The notes under the pieces: model-generated
Database searches by the model: none
What the model saw: only the letters and a program-made list of their open reading frames with translations
Told to the model about the DNA's origin: nothing
IMG/VR virus record: IMGVR_UViG_3300028833_000093
From: an uncultured virus (IMG/VR IMGVR_UViG_3300028833_000093)
Lineage: Duplodnaviria; Heunggongvirae; Uroviricota; Caudoviricetes
Strand: one strand, 5' to 3'
DNA: 55,302 bases
Program-made: the position numbers and the translations under genes
Shown: positions 47,092 through 55,302 of the stretch, piece by piece
Position numbering within the stretch: position 1 is the stretch's first letter
Layout of the letters: each line of letters starts with the position of its first letter

Positions 47092-47589
47092 ATGGCGACA
47101 AAAGAAGAAATCTTGACATTATTAAAAAAGAATGTAATTTCTATTGATGAAGCAGTAGAAATGCTCAATAAGTTGGGAGAAAAACCTTTAGAAGATGTAC
47201 CATCAAATACAAGTAATGAATTTAGTTATGAAGAGAAGGTAGAGCAAATGGTCAAAGAAACTGTCGATGACATTGATTTTGAGCATGTGTTTAAGATTAT
47301 GCAAGAGATGGGGTGGGAATATACAGACTCAAACTTTGCCACGCATCCTGTAACTCGAGAAGAAGTTCGTAAAACAATGGAAAATTGTGTACGAGATGCC
47401 ATCAATCATATGGTAAAGAACTGGGAAGAAGATGATTACAGAGGTGCAACTGTTGGTACGGGTGGATTTGAAGCTCATGCTTGGGTAGATGAAGGAGATA
47501 CAGGTATTCAGGTAGAGTTGAAGTTTGTCCCAGAAGTAGGTTATGGTGGTGACATGGAATTCGATTATTTAGTATCAAATAAGCAATAA
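47092..47589 (+). CDS. Hypothetical protein
   Basis: ORF; ATG at 47092 taken as start. Confidence 0.65.
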   Translation: MATKEEILTLLKKNVISIDEAVEMLNKLGEKPLEDVPSNTSNEFSYEEKVEQMVKETVDDIDFEHVFKIMQEMGWEYTDSNFATHPVTREEVRKTMENCVRDAINHMVKNWEEDDYRGATVGTGGFEAHAWVDEGDTGIQVELKFVPEVGYGGDMEFDYLVSNKQ

Positions 47590-47593
47590 TACA

Positions 47594-48277
47594 ATGGCTG
47601 AGCAAGAAGAACAACCGAAGAAAGAACGAGTACTGATTGGCATTACTACCGCTGAGACTGTAGCGCATGAGGTGATGCAGTCAATATACAATCTCGATAT
47701 ACCGGAGAATGTTGAAGTGGTATTGCGTATTATTCATGCATATAATGTAGCAGATGGTCGCAATCATCTAGCAAATATCATGTTTGCTGAGAACTGCGAT
47801 TATTTATTCTTTGTAGATAATGATGTGATACTACCGAAGAATGCATTGGTAGACCTGTATAACATGAAGTGGTATTTCTCAGTCGGCACATATCCTAGAA
47901 AAGAAGAGGACACCATTAAAAATCCTAATCCATATACTACTTTATATTGGCACGAGGAAGCAAACAAAGAATGCTATTGCCCGAAGTTTTTACCTATCTC
48001 TCAATTGCATGCCGGTTATATCACTCCAGTAGACTGCTGTGGACTTGGGTGTGCATTGATTAAGAAAGAGTTGTTCCAAATGATTGAACAACCCTGGTTC
48101 TTCTTTGCACATGAAGGAGCACCGGCAGCAGGTAACAGTGATGCCTATTGTATTGGTGAAGACATGTGGTTCTGTCGTAAATGTATACAAAAAGGTGTAC
48201 AGATTTGGGCTCATGGATCAGTGCTTTGTGGACATATCGGCAAGTATGTATACCATTTTCCTGAAAAGAAAGATTAA
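47594..48277 (+). CDS. GT-A fold glycosyltransferase-like protein
   Basis: GRNHL, YLFFVDNDV, GLGCALIK, PWF, GEDMWFC, CGHIG. Confidence 0.75.
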   Translation: MAEQEEQPKKERVLIGITTAETVAHEVMQSIYNLDIPENVEVVLRIIHAYNVADGRNHLANIMFAENCDYLFFVDNDVILPKNALVDLYNMKWYFSVGTYPRKEEDTIKNPNPYTTLYWHEEANKECYCPKFLPISQLHAGYITPVDCCGLGCALIKKELFQMIEQPWFFFAHEGAPAAGNSDAYCIGEDMWFCRKCIQKGVQIWAHGSVLCGHIGKYVYHFPEKKD

Positions 48278-48308
48278 TTTTTGAAATGTATTTGCTATTT
48301 TACCATAT

Positions 48309-48794
48309 ATGAATATAAATAATGTGTTATATAAAGTAAAAAGGTTTTTTGTAAACTTGTACGTAGTTCCCAGAAATTACGTACTCTGTTTACGTTATCC
48401 TTGGTTGGCAATCAATAGCGGTGTATATCCTTGGGAAGATGGATATTACTACGAGACATGGTTAGATTGTATGCCGTGTGGTTGGAAGAAACGCTTCGGT
48501 ATGAATTTAGTACACGACATCGACAGGTTCTTAAAAGAGCACGATATCAAAGATTATCACATCGACCAAGTGAAAGAAAAATGGGGAGAGCTTTGTTGGT
48601 ATGATAACGGTCCAAAAGAATTGCATGAAATTATAGAACGATATGAATATATTTCTTATAACACATGTATAGTTTGTGGTAAAGACGCAAGTTATATCTC
48701 ACAAGGTTGGATTAGTCCTTATTGTAATGACTGTGTAAATGAGATAGAAAAACACAAACCTCATGTCAAATTCAAACTGATGAAGAAATGGTAG
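48309..48794 (+). CDS. Hypothetical phage protein
   Basis: QVKEKWGELCWY...CIVCG...CNDC motif common in phage hypotheticals. Confidence 0.7.
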   Translation: MNINNVLYKVKRFFVNLYVVPRNYVLCLRYPWLAINSGVYPWEDGYYYETWLDCMPCGWKKRFGMNLVHDIDRFLKEHDIKDYHIDQVKEKWGELCWYDNGPKELHEIIERYEYISYNTCIVCGKDASYISQGWISPYCNDCVNEIEKHKPHVKFKLMKKW

Positions 48795-49105
48795 AAAGCT
48801 ACGAGAAAATAAAAGAGATTTCAAAACAATATAATGTGCCGGGTCGTATTAACTTATACACTCGGTCTAACCAATGTGAGACAGTGCTCGATTTGGTAGG
48901 TTATGTAATTCACGAAGATTATTCAGCAGAAAATGAATTCAACTATCAAATCGGTGCAAGTTATCCTTATGGTCTAGATGGAGAGAAAGATAATTATGTA
49001 GCAATTGACTTTTCAGAAGGACCCAAATTACATCTCGGTGACACAATAGGACGAATGAAAATTATTGAGATTTGTCCTCCGCTTATAGTATGTACTAAAA
49101 ATTAA
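48788..49105 (+). CDS. Hypothetical protein
   Basis: Coupled ORF. Confidence 0.6.
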   Translation: MVESYEKIKEISKQYNVPGRINLYTRSNQCETVLDLVGYVIHEDYSAENEFNYQIGASYPYGLDGEKDNYVAIDFSEGPKLHLGDTIGRMKIIEICPPLIVCTKN

Positions 49106-49111
49106 ATCATT

Positions 49112-49336
49112 ATGTGGATTAAATTCAAAAACAATGTGACAGTAAACATGAATGCTGTCATAAAATTCGAGAAAACCCAATTCGCTAGTGGAATTATATT
49201 TTACTGCAATGGATTAGGTTTTACACTACGATTTGAAAACCCTAAATTCAGAGATGACGCCTATGATGCAATCAACAAAGCGATTATCGAACGAGACGAC
49301 TTTGTAGATATTGATATAACAGCAATAACAGATTAA
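49112..49336 (+). CDS. Hypothetical protein
   Basis: Packed ORF. Confidence 0.6.
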   Translation: MWIKFKNNVTVNMNAVIKFEKTQFASGIIFYCNGLGFTLRFENPKFRDDAYDAINKAIIERDDFVDIDITAITD

Positions 49337-49341
49337 AAATT

Positions 49342-49635
49342 ATGAAAGAAGAGATTGAAAACTACCTTATTGAATGCGGATTTACACAACAATCTGATGA
49401 CGTGTATACTAAACAGCTAAAACGTCAGGTCGGGGAGATGGTTGTTAATGGAGAACATAAAATCCAAGTAGAAACACTAGAATTCTATATTCAGTATATC
49501 GGTGAGTGCTGGGAAGGTAATTCTGAGACAGATAATCATCCTCTTACACAATGGAAGTTGATTATTCAGGATGAAGACCACGGCGATTTCTTGGTACATG
49601 ATGCAGCAGAATTCAAAGAGATATTTACAAAATAA
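49342..49635 (+). CDS. Hypothetical protein
   Basis: Packed ORF. Confidence 0.6.
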   Translation: MKEEIENYLIECGFTQQSDDVYTKQLKRQVGEMVVNGEHKIQVETLEFYIQYIGECWEGNSETDNHPLTQWKLIIQDEDHGDFLVHDAAEFKEIFTK

Positions 49636-49646
49636 ACAAAAGTATT

Positions 49647-49901
49647 ATGAAGAGAGACGATTACTTAAAAACCAAAAATATTTTCAAAGAAATGGATATA
49701 TTGGAAAAGGACATTAACCGTATAAATTATGTGTTCACTAATAGTGATGCAAATATACATACATTCGAGATCTATCACAACTCTAAAATTCATATTACTA
49801 ATGATGAATTGAGATTTATTTTGAAAAATCGAAATGATAGAAAAGAACAGTTAGAAAAAGACTTAAAATTCATATTACAAACAATAGAAAAGAACAGTTA
49901 G
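49647..49901 (+). CDS. Hypothetical protein
   Basis: Packed ORF. Confidence 0.55.
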   Translation: MKRDDYLKTKNIFKEMDILEKDINRINYVFTNSDANIHTFEIYHNSKIHITNDELRFILKNRNDRKEQLEKDLKFILQTIEKNS

Positions 49902-49923
49902 AAAAAATTTAACAGCTATAATT

Positions 49924-50325
49924 ATGAACACAGAGCTTAAAAACAAATGGACCGAGATGGTGTCCGATGAAGAGCTGAATATCACCGCTGAGTGGTTATA
50001 CACATTGCTTAATCCAACAGACAAGAAAGAATTCTTCAAGATTGTTGGGGTTATTGTTGAACGACATATGCCTAAAGATGAGGAGAATGGTTATACGATT
50101 TCAAATGGAAACCAAACATGGACCACTTCATATCGTACTCAATTCAAGATGACTGCTGTAGAGTACTTGATTGAGTTTGAGAAAGATAATAGTTCATCCA
50201 TAAACACATACCCTATTACATATCCGATTAATACTCCCGATCCAATACCTTGGAATCCTGCTCAACCGGTTACAACACCTTGGAACCCCGGAATTTTTTA
50301 TTGTACTACTACATCAACAAAGTAA
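49924..50325 (+). CDS. Hypothetical protein with Pro/Thr-rich tail
   Basis: Packed ORF. Confidence 0.6.
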   Translation: MNTELKNKWTEMVSDEELNITAEWLYTLLNPTDKKEFFKIVGVIVERHMPKDEENGYTISNGNQTWTTSYRTQFKMTAVEYLIEFEKDNSSSINTYPITYPINTPDPIPWNPAQPVTTPWNPGIFYCTTTSTK

Positions 50326-50330
50326 AATTT

Positions 50331-50525
50331 ATGAATATAGATTACCCAAAAACAAAACAACTGAGTGATGGAGAGCAATTTGTGGAGATATTCAAGCAGT
50401 TGGTACAAGACAAAGTAAAAGCAGTTAAACATAATGCTTTGGGTGTACAAACGATATACTTCAAAGATGGAATTCAATGTGGGGGTATGTGGCTTTGGAA
50501 ACAAGCGGGATTAGATATTAAATAA
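50331..50525 (+). CDS. Hypothetical protein
   Basis: Start at MNIDYPK. Confidence 0.55.
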   Translation: MNIDYPKTKQLSDGEQFVEIFKQLVQDKVKAVKHNALGVQTIYFKDGIQCGGMWLWKQAGLDIK

Positions 50526-50536
50526 TATTTTTTACA

Positions 50537-51574
50537 ATGAAGTACAATGTAATAGGTGATATACATGGTAGAACTTGTTGGAAAGATTTAGTAATCTCGG
50601 ATGGAGTAAATATCTTTGTCGGAGATTACTTTTCTCCATATAACAAGGAGTACGATTATGAACATTGTAAGAAAAACTTCTTAGAGATTATCGAATATAA
50701 GAAACAACACCCTGAAACCGTATTGCTTATTGGTAATCATGATGAAGAGTGTTGGCACTTTGCTGAGTTTACAGAAGGATGTGTTCGTGTAAATCATCTC
50801 GAAGAAAGCAAACAAAAAATACACGACTTGTTTGAAGAAAACAAACAGTACTTTCAAATGGCTTATTCAGCTGGTAATCAATGCCTTATAACACATGCAG
50901 GGGTTAGCGCTATTTGGTTGTGGCGTGTGTATAACCAATTGATATACAATATGGATGCATGGAGTTTACCAATGGATTACCATCGTATGGATTATAAAGA
51001 AGCGAACAAGTTTAAGTTATTTCAATCTGCTTATATTGACCGAGAAAAATATTTCGAAAGTTTAATAGAAAAACAAAATAAAACACTTGACCCCGATCTA
51101 AGAGAAATATTAGGAAGAAAATACAAAGAAGACGAAAATGTGCTTGCATATTGGAAAGGAAATTGGTGGATGCCTAAGTATAAGCCTGGAACAAACGAGC
51201 TTATCCGAAAGAATGGTTATATCAAATTTGAGAAATGGCAAATCACTCCGGATAAGGTAGCACATATTGTCAATCTGCTTTGGCATAGAAACCCATTGAT
51301 GTTCACTTGGGAAAACAATGCAGACAGAAATGACTATTGGGGTAATTCAATTGCTCAATCTCCTATTTGGATTAGACCGCCAGAAGTGTTTGAAGCAAAC
51401 ATATTCAAAGGTACACAATATAGACAAGTCGTAGGTCATACACGCTGGTGGGAAGATGGAGGAATACATACCGAGTCGTGGTCTCAAGATGAACGAGAAA
51501 TCAAAGAGATTATATTTACAGATTGTCTTGAAAAAGTAAAGCAATCGTTCACATTTGAAGTCGAAGAAAATTGA
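50537..51574 (+). CDS. Calcineurin-like metallophosphoesterase
   Basis: GDIHG, GDYF, GNHD, THAG, GHT. Confidence 0.88.
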   Translation: MKYNVIGDIHGRTCWKDLVISDGVNIFVGDYFSPYNKEYDYEHCKKNFLEIIEYKKQHPETVLLIGNHDEECWHFAEFTEGCVRVNHLEESKQKIHDLFEENKQYFQMAYSAGNQCLITHAGVSAIWLWRVYNQLIYNMDAWSLPMDYHRMDYKEANKFKLFQSAYIDREKYFESLIEKQNKTLDPDLREILGRKYKEDENVLAYWKGNWWMPKYKPGTNELIRKNGYIKFEKWQITPDKVAHIVNLLWHRNPLMFTWENNADRNDYWGNSIAQSPIWIRPPEVFEANIFKGTQYRQVVGHTRWWEDGGIHTESWSQDEREIKEIIFTDCLEKVKQSFTFEVEEN

Positions 51575-51662
51575 TTTTTTCTTCGGCTTTTTAGTTAATT
51601 TTACCCTACTTTTCACTATGTTATATTGTAACTAATTGTTTAACCCTTAAAAAATTTACAAT

Positions 51663-51929
51663 ATGTGGTTTCCTGACCAAAAACTCGACATCGCTAAAAA
51701 TCGTTTCAAAGTTAACGACAAAGTAATCTACGTAGACAAAGACGGCGGAGAGCATACCGCTACCGTTCTGGACGTAAGTTTCAAAAGTCTAATGTCTGGT
51801 TATAGCTATGCAATTGAGCTGGACGAACCTTACAACGGCATGACAAAATACATGACTTCCGAGGCTCGTATTGCTGGTAAGGTAAAAGCTGTTAAGAAAG
51901 AGCGTAAATCTAAAAAAGCTGAGGCATGA
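51663..51929 (+). CDS. Small SH3/KOW-like protein
   Basis: FKVNDKVIY; follows promoter variant 51595-51622. Confidence 0.6.
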   Translation: MWFPDQKLDIAKNRFKVNDKVIYVDKDGGEHTATVLDVSFKSLMSGYSYAIELDEPYNGMTKYMTSEARIAGKVKAVKKERKSKKAEA

Positions 51930-52030
51930 TTGGATTGGAAGAAATGATTGCTTGTTTAGGAATTTCACTAATATATGCGATGCTGGTACTATTCTGTGTC
52001 GGAATCGCTTTAATCGCGTTTAATATATGA
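51926..52030 (+). CDS. Putative 34-aa membrane peptide
   Basis: MIGLEEMIACLGISLIYAMLVLFCVGIALIAFNI; ATGA overlaps at both ends. Confidence 0.45.
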   Translation: MIGLEEMIACLGISLIYAMLVLFCVGIALIAFNI

Positions 52031-53910
52031 CAGATTTAGAATTATACAATGCCGCAAAAGAGGCTTACTACAACGGAACACCAATTATGACCGATTATGA
52101 GTTCGATGAGCTGGAAAAAAAACTAGGCTTAGAGAACAAGTCGTATGTCGGCGCAAAACATAACCCTTCATATACCGTACAGCACCCATTTATCATGGGT
52201 TCTCTTTCTAAGGTTCAAATCAAAAAGAACAATGATGGTTCTATTCCTTGGGAGATGTACTATAAAGATGTTCTATCTTATATCTGGCGGTATTCTCCAA
52301 ACACATGTATTCTTGTTACTCCTAAATTTGACGGTTGCTCGTTTGAGACGGTAGTTAAAAACGGTGAGATTATTTCGATTTCTACCCGTGGTGATGGCAA
52401 TTGGGGTAAAGACATCAAAGCACATCTCGAACGTAAGTTTACAAAAGAGCATACTTCACTAGATTGTGATTATTACGTTCTCCGAGGTGAGGTTCTTATT
52501 GATAAGACCGTATTTGCTGAAAAATATTCTGATTTTGTCAATCCACGTTCATTCGTTTCTGGTTTGCTCAACCGCGATTATGATGCAAATGATTCCGAAT
52601 TACAAGCAATGCTTGATGACTTGTCCATTGTTATTTACGATACAAGATTTTTTGAGTATGGCGAGTGGAGAGATTATGATTGGACTGATTATATTGGTAA
52701 GATGAATAACCTGCCTGAGTTCTATCATATATACCCTAAGATGAATGAGGCGACGTTTGAGCACATATACAATATATATTCTGAATACCGTGAGAAATGT
52801 CCGTTTGCATTGGATGGTATCGTTATGAAACCGACTGCTGGAAATCGTATCAGCGACCTTGGCGAAGCACGTCCGAAAGACTGCATAGCTATCAAGTTTA
52901 TACCAATGCTCGAGGAAACGGAAGTAGTTGATATCGAATGGGGTACCGGAAAAACCAACGAACTTCGTCCTGTAATTATTGTAAACCCAGTAATAATGGA
53001 CGGAAAACAAATAACTCGTGCATCGGCTCACAACTACGGTTATATGCTTGATAAGAAAATCTCGATTGGTACGAAGGTAATTCTTTCGCTTGCCGGTGAT
53101 ATTATCCCGTTTATTTATAAAGTAACGGATACGAGCGCATTCGATGAGAACAAAATGAATATACCTGTTGATGTACATACATACGTTGATGGTGTACACT
53201 TGAACCGAGTATATACATTTGAAGAAATGCGAGAGCTCAAATTTATTCAATCAGCGGAGGCGTTGGGAATTCCTAATATCGGTCCTGCTGCGGCAAAAAC
53301 GATATATGATTATTTGGTTATTCAATCTGCTCCTGATGATTTTTTAGGAATTGAAGGCAAACCGGTACCAAATAACATTCTTTGTTGTACAGGTGCTGAT
53401 ATCAATAATGCTCTTGGTGGTAAGACGGGTGCATCGGCAATGAAAGCATTTGAGGAGTATAAAAAGAATCTTACATTAAGCGATATCATTATAAGCTGTA
53501 CCTTTGAAAGCTGTGGTAAGAAAATCGCAGATGCAATTCAGAATTATCTGTTGCTTGGAGAAGAAAACTTCGAGCATTTGGCAGAAAAAGCTTGGTCATG
53601 GTGCAAAAACGAGAAATCAAAAGAAAGACAGACTCTTAATAATGTACTTGAACACTGTGGTAAGACTTTGGATATCTTTAAACAAGAATTACAGTATATC
53701 AATGAGACAAAACGAGACCAAATCCCTGTAATTCTAACCGGCGAACCGAATAATTACCCGACAAAGGACGCATTCCTTCGTGAACATCCGGAATATCGTA
53801 TGACTGGTTCGTGGAAAGAAGTAAAGATTGTATTTACTAACTCACTGGACAGCAATACCGGTAAGATGAAGAAAGCTCGTGAGAAAGGAATTGAAATTAG
53901 ACTGTACTAA
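52027..53910 (+). CDS. ligA: NAD-dependent DNA ligase
   Basis: AYYNGTPIMTDYEFD (domain Ia), MGSLSK, PKFDG, STRGDG, RGEV, NPRS, LDGIV, RASAHN, GDIIP; BRCT-like end. Confidence 0.92.
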   Translation: MTDLELYNAAKEAYYNGTPIMTDYEFDELEKKLGLENKSYVGAKHNPSYTVQHPFIMGSLSKVQIKKNNDGSIPWEMYYKDVLSYIWRYSPNTCILVTPKFDGCSFETVVKNGEIISISTRGDGNWGKDIKAHLERKFTKEHTSLDCDYYVLRGEVLIDKTVFAEKYSDFVNPRSFVSGLLNRDYDANDSELQAMLDDLSIVIYDTRFFEYGEWRDYDWTDYIGKMNNLPEFYHIYPKMNEATFEHIYNIYSEYREKCPFALDGIVMKPTAGNRISDLGEARPKDCIAIKFIPMLEETEVVDIEWGTGKTNELRPVIIVNPVIMDGKQITRASAHNYGYMLDKKISIGTKVILSLAGDIIPFIYKVTDTSAFDENKMNIPVDVHTYVDGVHLNRVYTFEEMRELKFIQSAEALGIPNIGPAAAKTIYDYLVIQSAPDDFLGIEGKPVPNNILCCTGADINNALGGKTGASAMKAFEEYKKNLTLSDIIISCTFESCGKKIADAIQNYLLLGEENFEHLAEKAWSWCKNEKSKERQTLNNVLEHCGKTLDIFKQELQYINETKRDQIPVILTGEPNNYPTKDAFLREHPEYRMTGSWKEVKIVFTNSLDSNTGKMKKAREKGIEIRLY

Positions 53911-53913
53911 TAT

Positions 53914-54498
53914 ATGAGTAAAGTAGAGATAATAAATACAAACAAGAATAAAAAACACAAATGCGTATTATGTGCTGTAGATAACGAGAGAGGAAGAGAA
54001 ATTGCAAAAAACATGCTTAAATGGTTATCTCCTCTTTATGAAGTACATGTAGTATGGCACGACGGAACACAATATGAATATCCAGGATTGAAATATTTAC
54101 AGGAGCTGTGTATCAATTCTAATGAACCGTGTTTGTACTTGCATACACGTGGAGCATTTAATTATTACAGAAACACAACACCATATACACATAAGATGTG
54201 GCAAGATGAGTTTGGTCATAAATCTAAAATATATTTTGACTTAGTTAATACAGATGTACCAACCGTTGCTTGTCCGTTTACCGGAGTGAATAAGCATACG
54301 TGGTATAATGGATTCGTAGCAAATCCGGCTGCGATGAAAAAAATACCAACCATTGAACCAAGTACAAATAGAATGGTTTATGAAATGTTATTCAAAGGTT
54401 CTGAAGTAAATGTTCGTGGTGTAATATATAATAGAATTGATGATTACGGGAGCAGTTTAAACCCTGTAAGAATGTATATGAGATTAAAGTATAAGTAA
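53914..54498 (+). CDS. Hypothetical protein (possible glycosyltransferase-related, YLHTRG motif)
   Basis: YEYPGLK...LYLHTRG. Confidence 0.55.
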   Translation: MSKVEIINTNKNKKHKCVLCAVDNERGREIAKNMLKWLSPLYEVHVVWHDGTQYEYPGLKYLQELCINSNEPCLYLHTRGAFNYYRNTTPYTHKMWQDEFGHKSKIYFDLVNTDVPTVACPFTGVNKHTWYNGFVANPAAMKKIPTIEPSTNRMVYEMLFKGSEVNVRGVIYNRIDDYGSSLNPVRMYMRLKYK

Positions 54499-54499
54499 T

Positions 54500-55066
54500 A
54501 TGAGCAAAGTGAGAGAGGGAAAAGTCAGTATTGAGCGTTATAAGAAAGAATGTGAGATCTGGCTTAAAGAACATAACAAATATCTTGATGAACTCGCTGC
54601 AATCAATGTAGCGGAAAACAAAGAGGTAGATGCAATGCCTGGAAGTATTCATCGAGACCGTTGGGATTTGTATTGTGAAAATCATTTTGACAAAGTGCAA
54701 TCGGCAGAACAAGCCAGAAAAGCGCTTAAAGAGAAATATGGTAATTATTCTAGTTTTTATGCTTGTCCTTATTACTGTGTGATTACAAAAGTGGAAGACC
54801 TTGAAAAAGTTGTACCAAAAACAGAGAATAATTACAAGTACTGGAAAGAAAATATTGAGAAATGGCATGGTAAGATGATGCAATCTTCTTATCGTAAAGG
54901 AAGATGGGGTAGATTTATTGGTCTTGCATTCTTCTTAGATGAGGTGTATTTCTTATTTAAGAATCCAAAAACTGGTGAAGAATTTATTGATTTATCAGTT
55001 GAACCATACAATAAATGGGACCATCGTGACTGGCGAATTGTAGAAAATGGAAAAGATTATTTGTAG
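54500..55066 (+). CDS. Hypothetical protein
   Basis: 188-aa ORF. Confidence 0.65.
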   Translation: MSKVREGKVSIERYKKECEIWLKEHNKYLDELAAINVAENKEVDAMPGSIHRDRWDLYCENHFDKVQSAEQARKALKEKYGNYSSFYACPYYCVITKVEDLEKVVPKTENNYKYWKENIEKWHGKMMQSSYRKGRWGRFIGLAFFLDEVYFLFKNPKTGEEFIDLSVEPYNKWDHRDWRIVENGKDYL

Positions 55067-55069
55067 TAT

Positions 55070-55302
55070 ATGGGATTACAACGAAGATATAAAATACTTT
55101 TTACACAAGAAACTATTACTGATGAAGGTGCTGTTGTAAAAGAAAAAGCACCAATTCAAGGACAAATTTGTGTTCCAGAAGAAGAATTTCAACGTTCATT
55201 GATGCCAGAAACATTGATTTCTGAAATTATGATAGAAAAATTATGTCTTGGATTGAAACAAGAAATAAAAAATCCTAATCATCAATTAGATAATGAAAAA
55301 CA
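55070..55302 (+). CDS. Hypothetical protein, runs off the window end
   Basis: MGLQRRYKILFTQETITDEG..., open to the end. Confidence 0.55.
   Translation, partial: MGLQRRYKILFTQETITDEGAVVKEKAPIQGQICVPEEEFQRSLMPETLISEIMIEKLCLGLKQEIKNPNHQLDNEK

Noticed and set aside
49841..49907. 19-bp direct repeat aaaagaacagttagaaaaa
   Set aside because: Low-complexity local duplication at a gene end; no associated element.
52600..53250. 216-aa minus-strand ORF and other antisense ORFs
   Set aside because: Shadow frames of well-supported plus-strand genes, with no recognisable motifs.
1..55302. Stop-codon reassignment (TAG to Gln, as in Lak megaphages)
   Set aside because: Long conserved genes (nrdD, sheath, ligase, Ro60) are intact in code 11, coding density is high, and no CTA/TTA/TCA suppressor tRNA was found in the window.

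Overview
AT-rich, densely packed, all-plus-strand segment of a very large tailed dsDNA phage (T4-like/jumbo myovirus), read in the standard code. The host is probably a Bacteroidales bacterium, inferred from two cargo genes with Bacteroidota-type T9SS C-terminal domains. Structural genes: neck gp13/gp14-like, a prohead protease fused to a scaffold-like repeat, baseplate and tail sheath. Other genes: anaerobic RNR (nrdD/nrdG), NAD-dependent ligase, Pnkp and HAD enzymes, and a glycosylation/methylation island. Non-coding content: about 35 tRNA or tRNA-like genes covering all 20 amino acids. The most notable observation is an apparent Ro60/Y-RNA system. A TROVE (Ro60) gene is preceded by 3-4 Y-RNA-like stems, and the same bipartite motif recurs, circularly permuted, inside three tRNA-shaped genes of the tRNA array 15-18 kb away. 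Also notable: tRNAs with large D-loop insertions or no D-arm, a ~330-nt closed structured ncRNA, ~15 proteins sharing capsid-targeting-like N-termini, and a strict TTAATTT-N15-TATATT promoter motif. All calls come from manual motif and structure reading; no database search was run.
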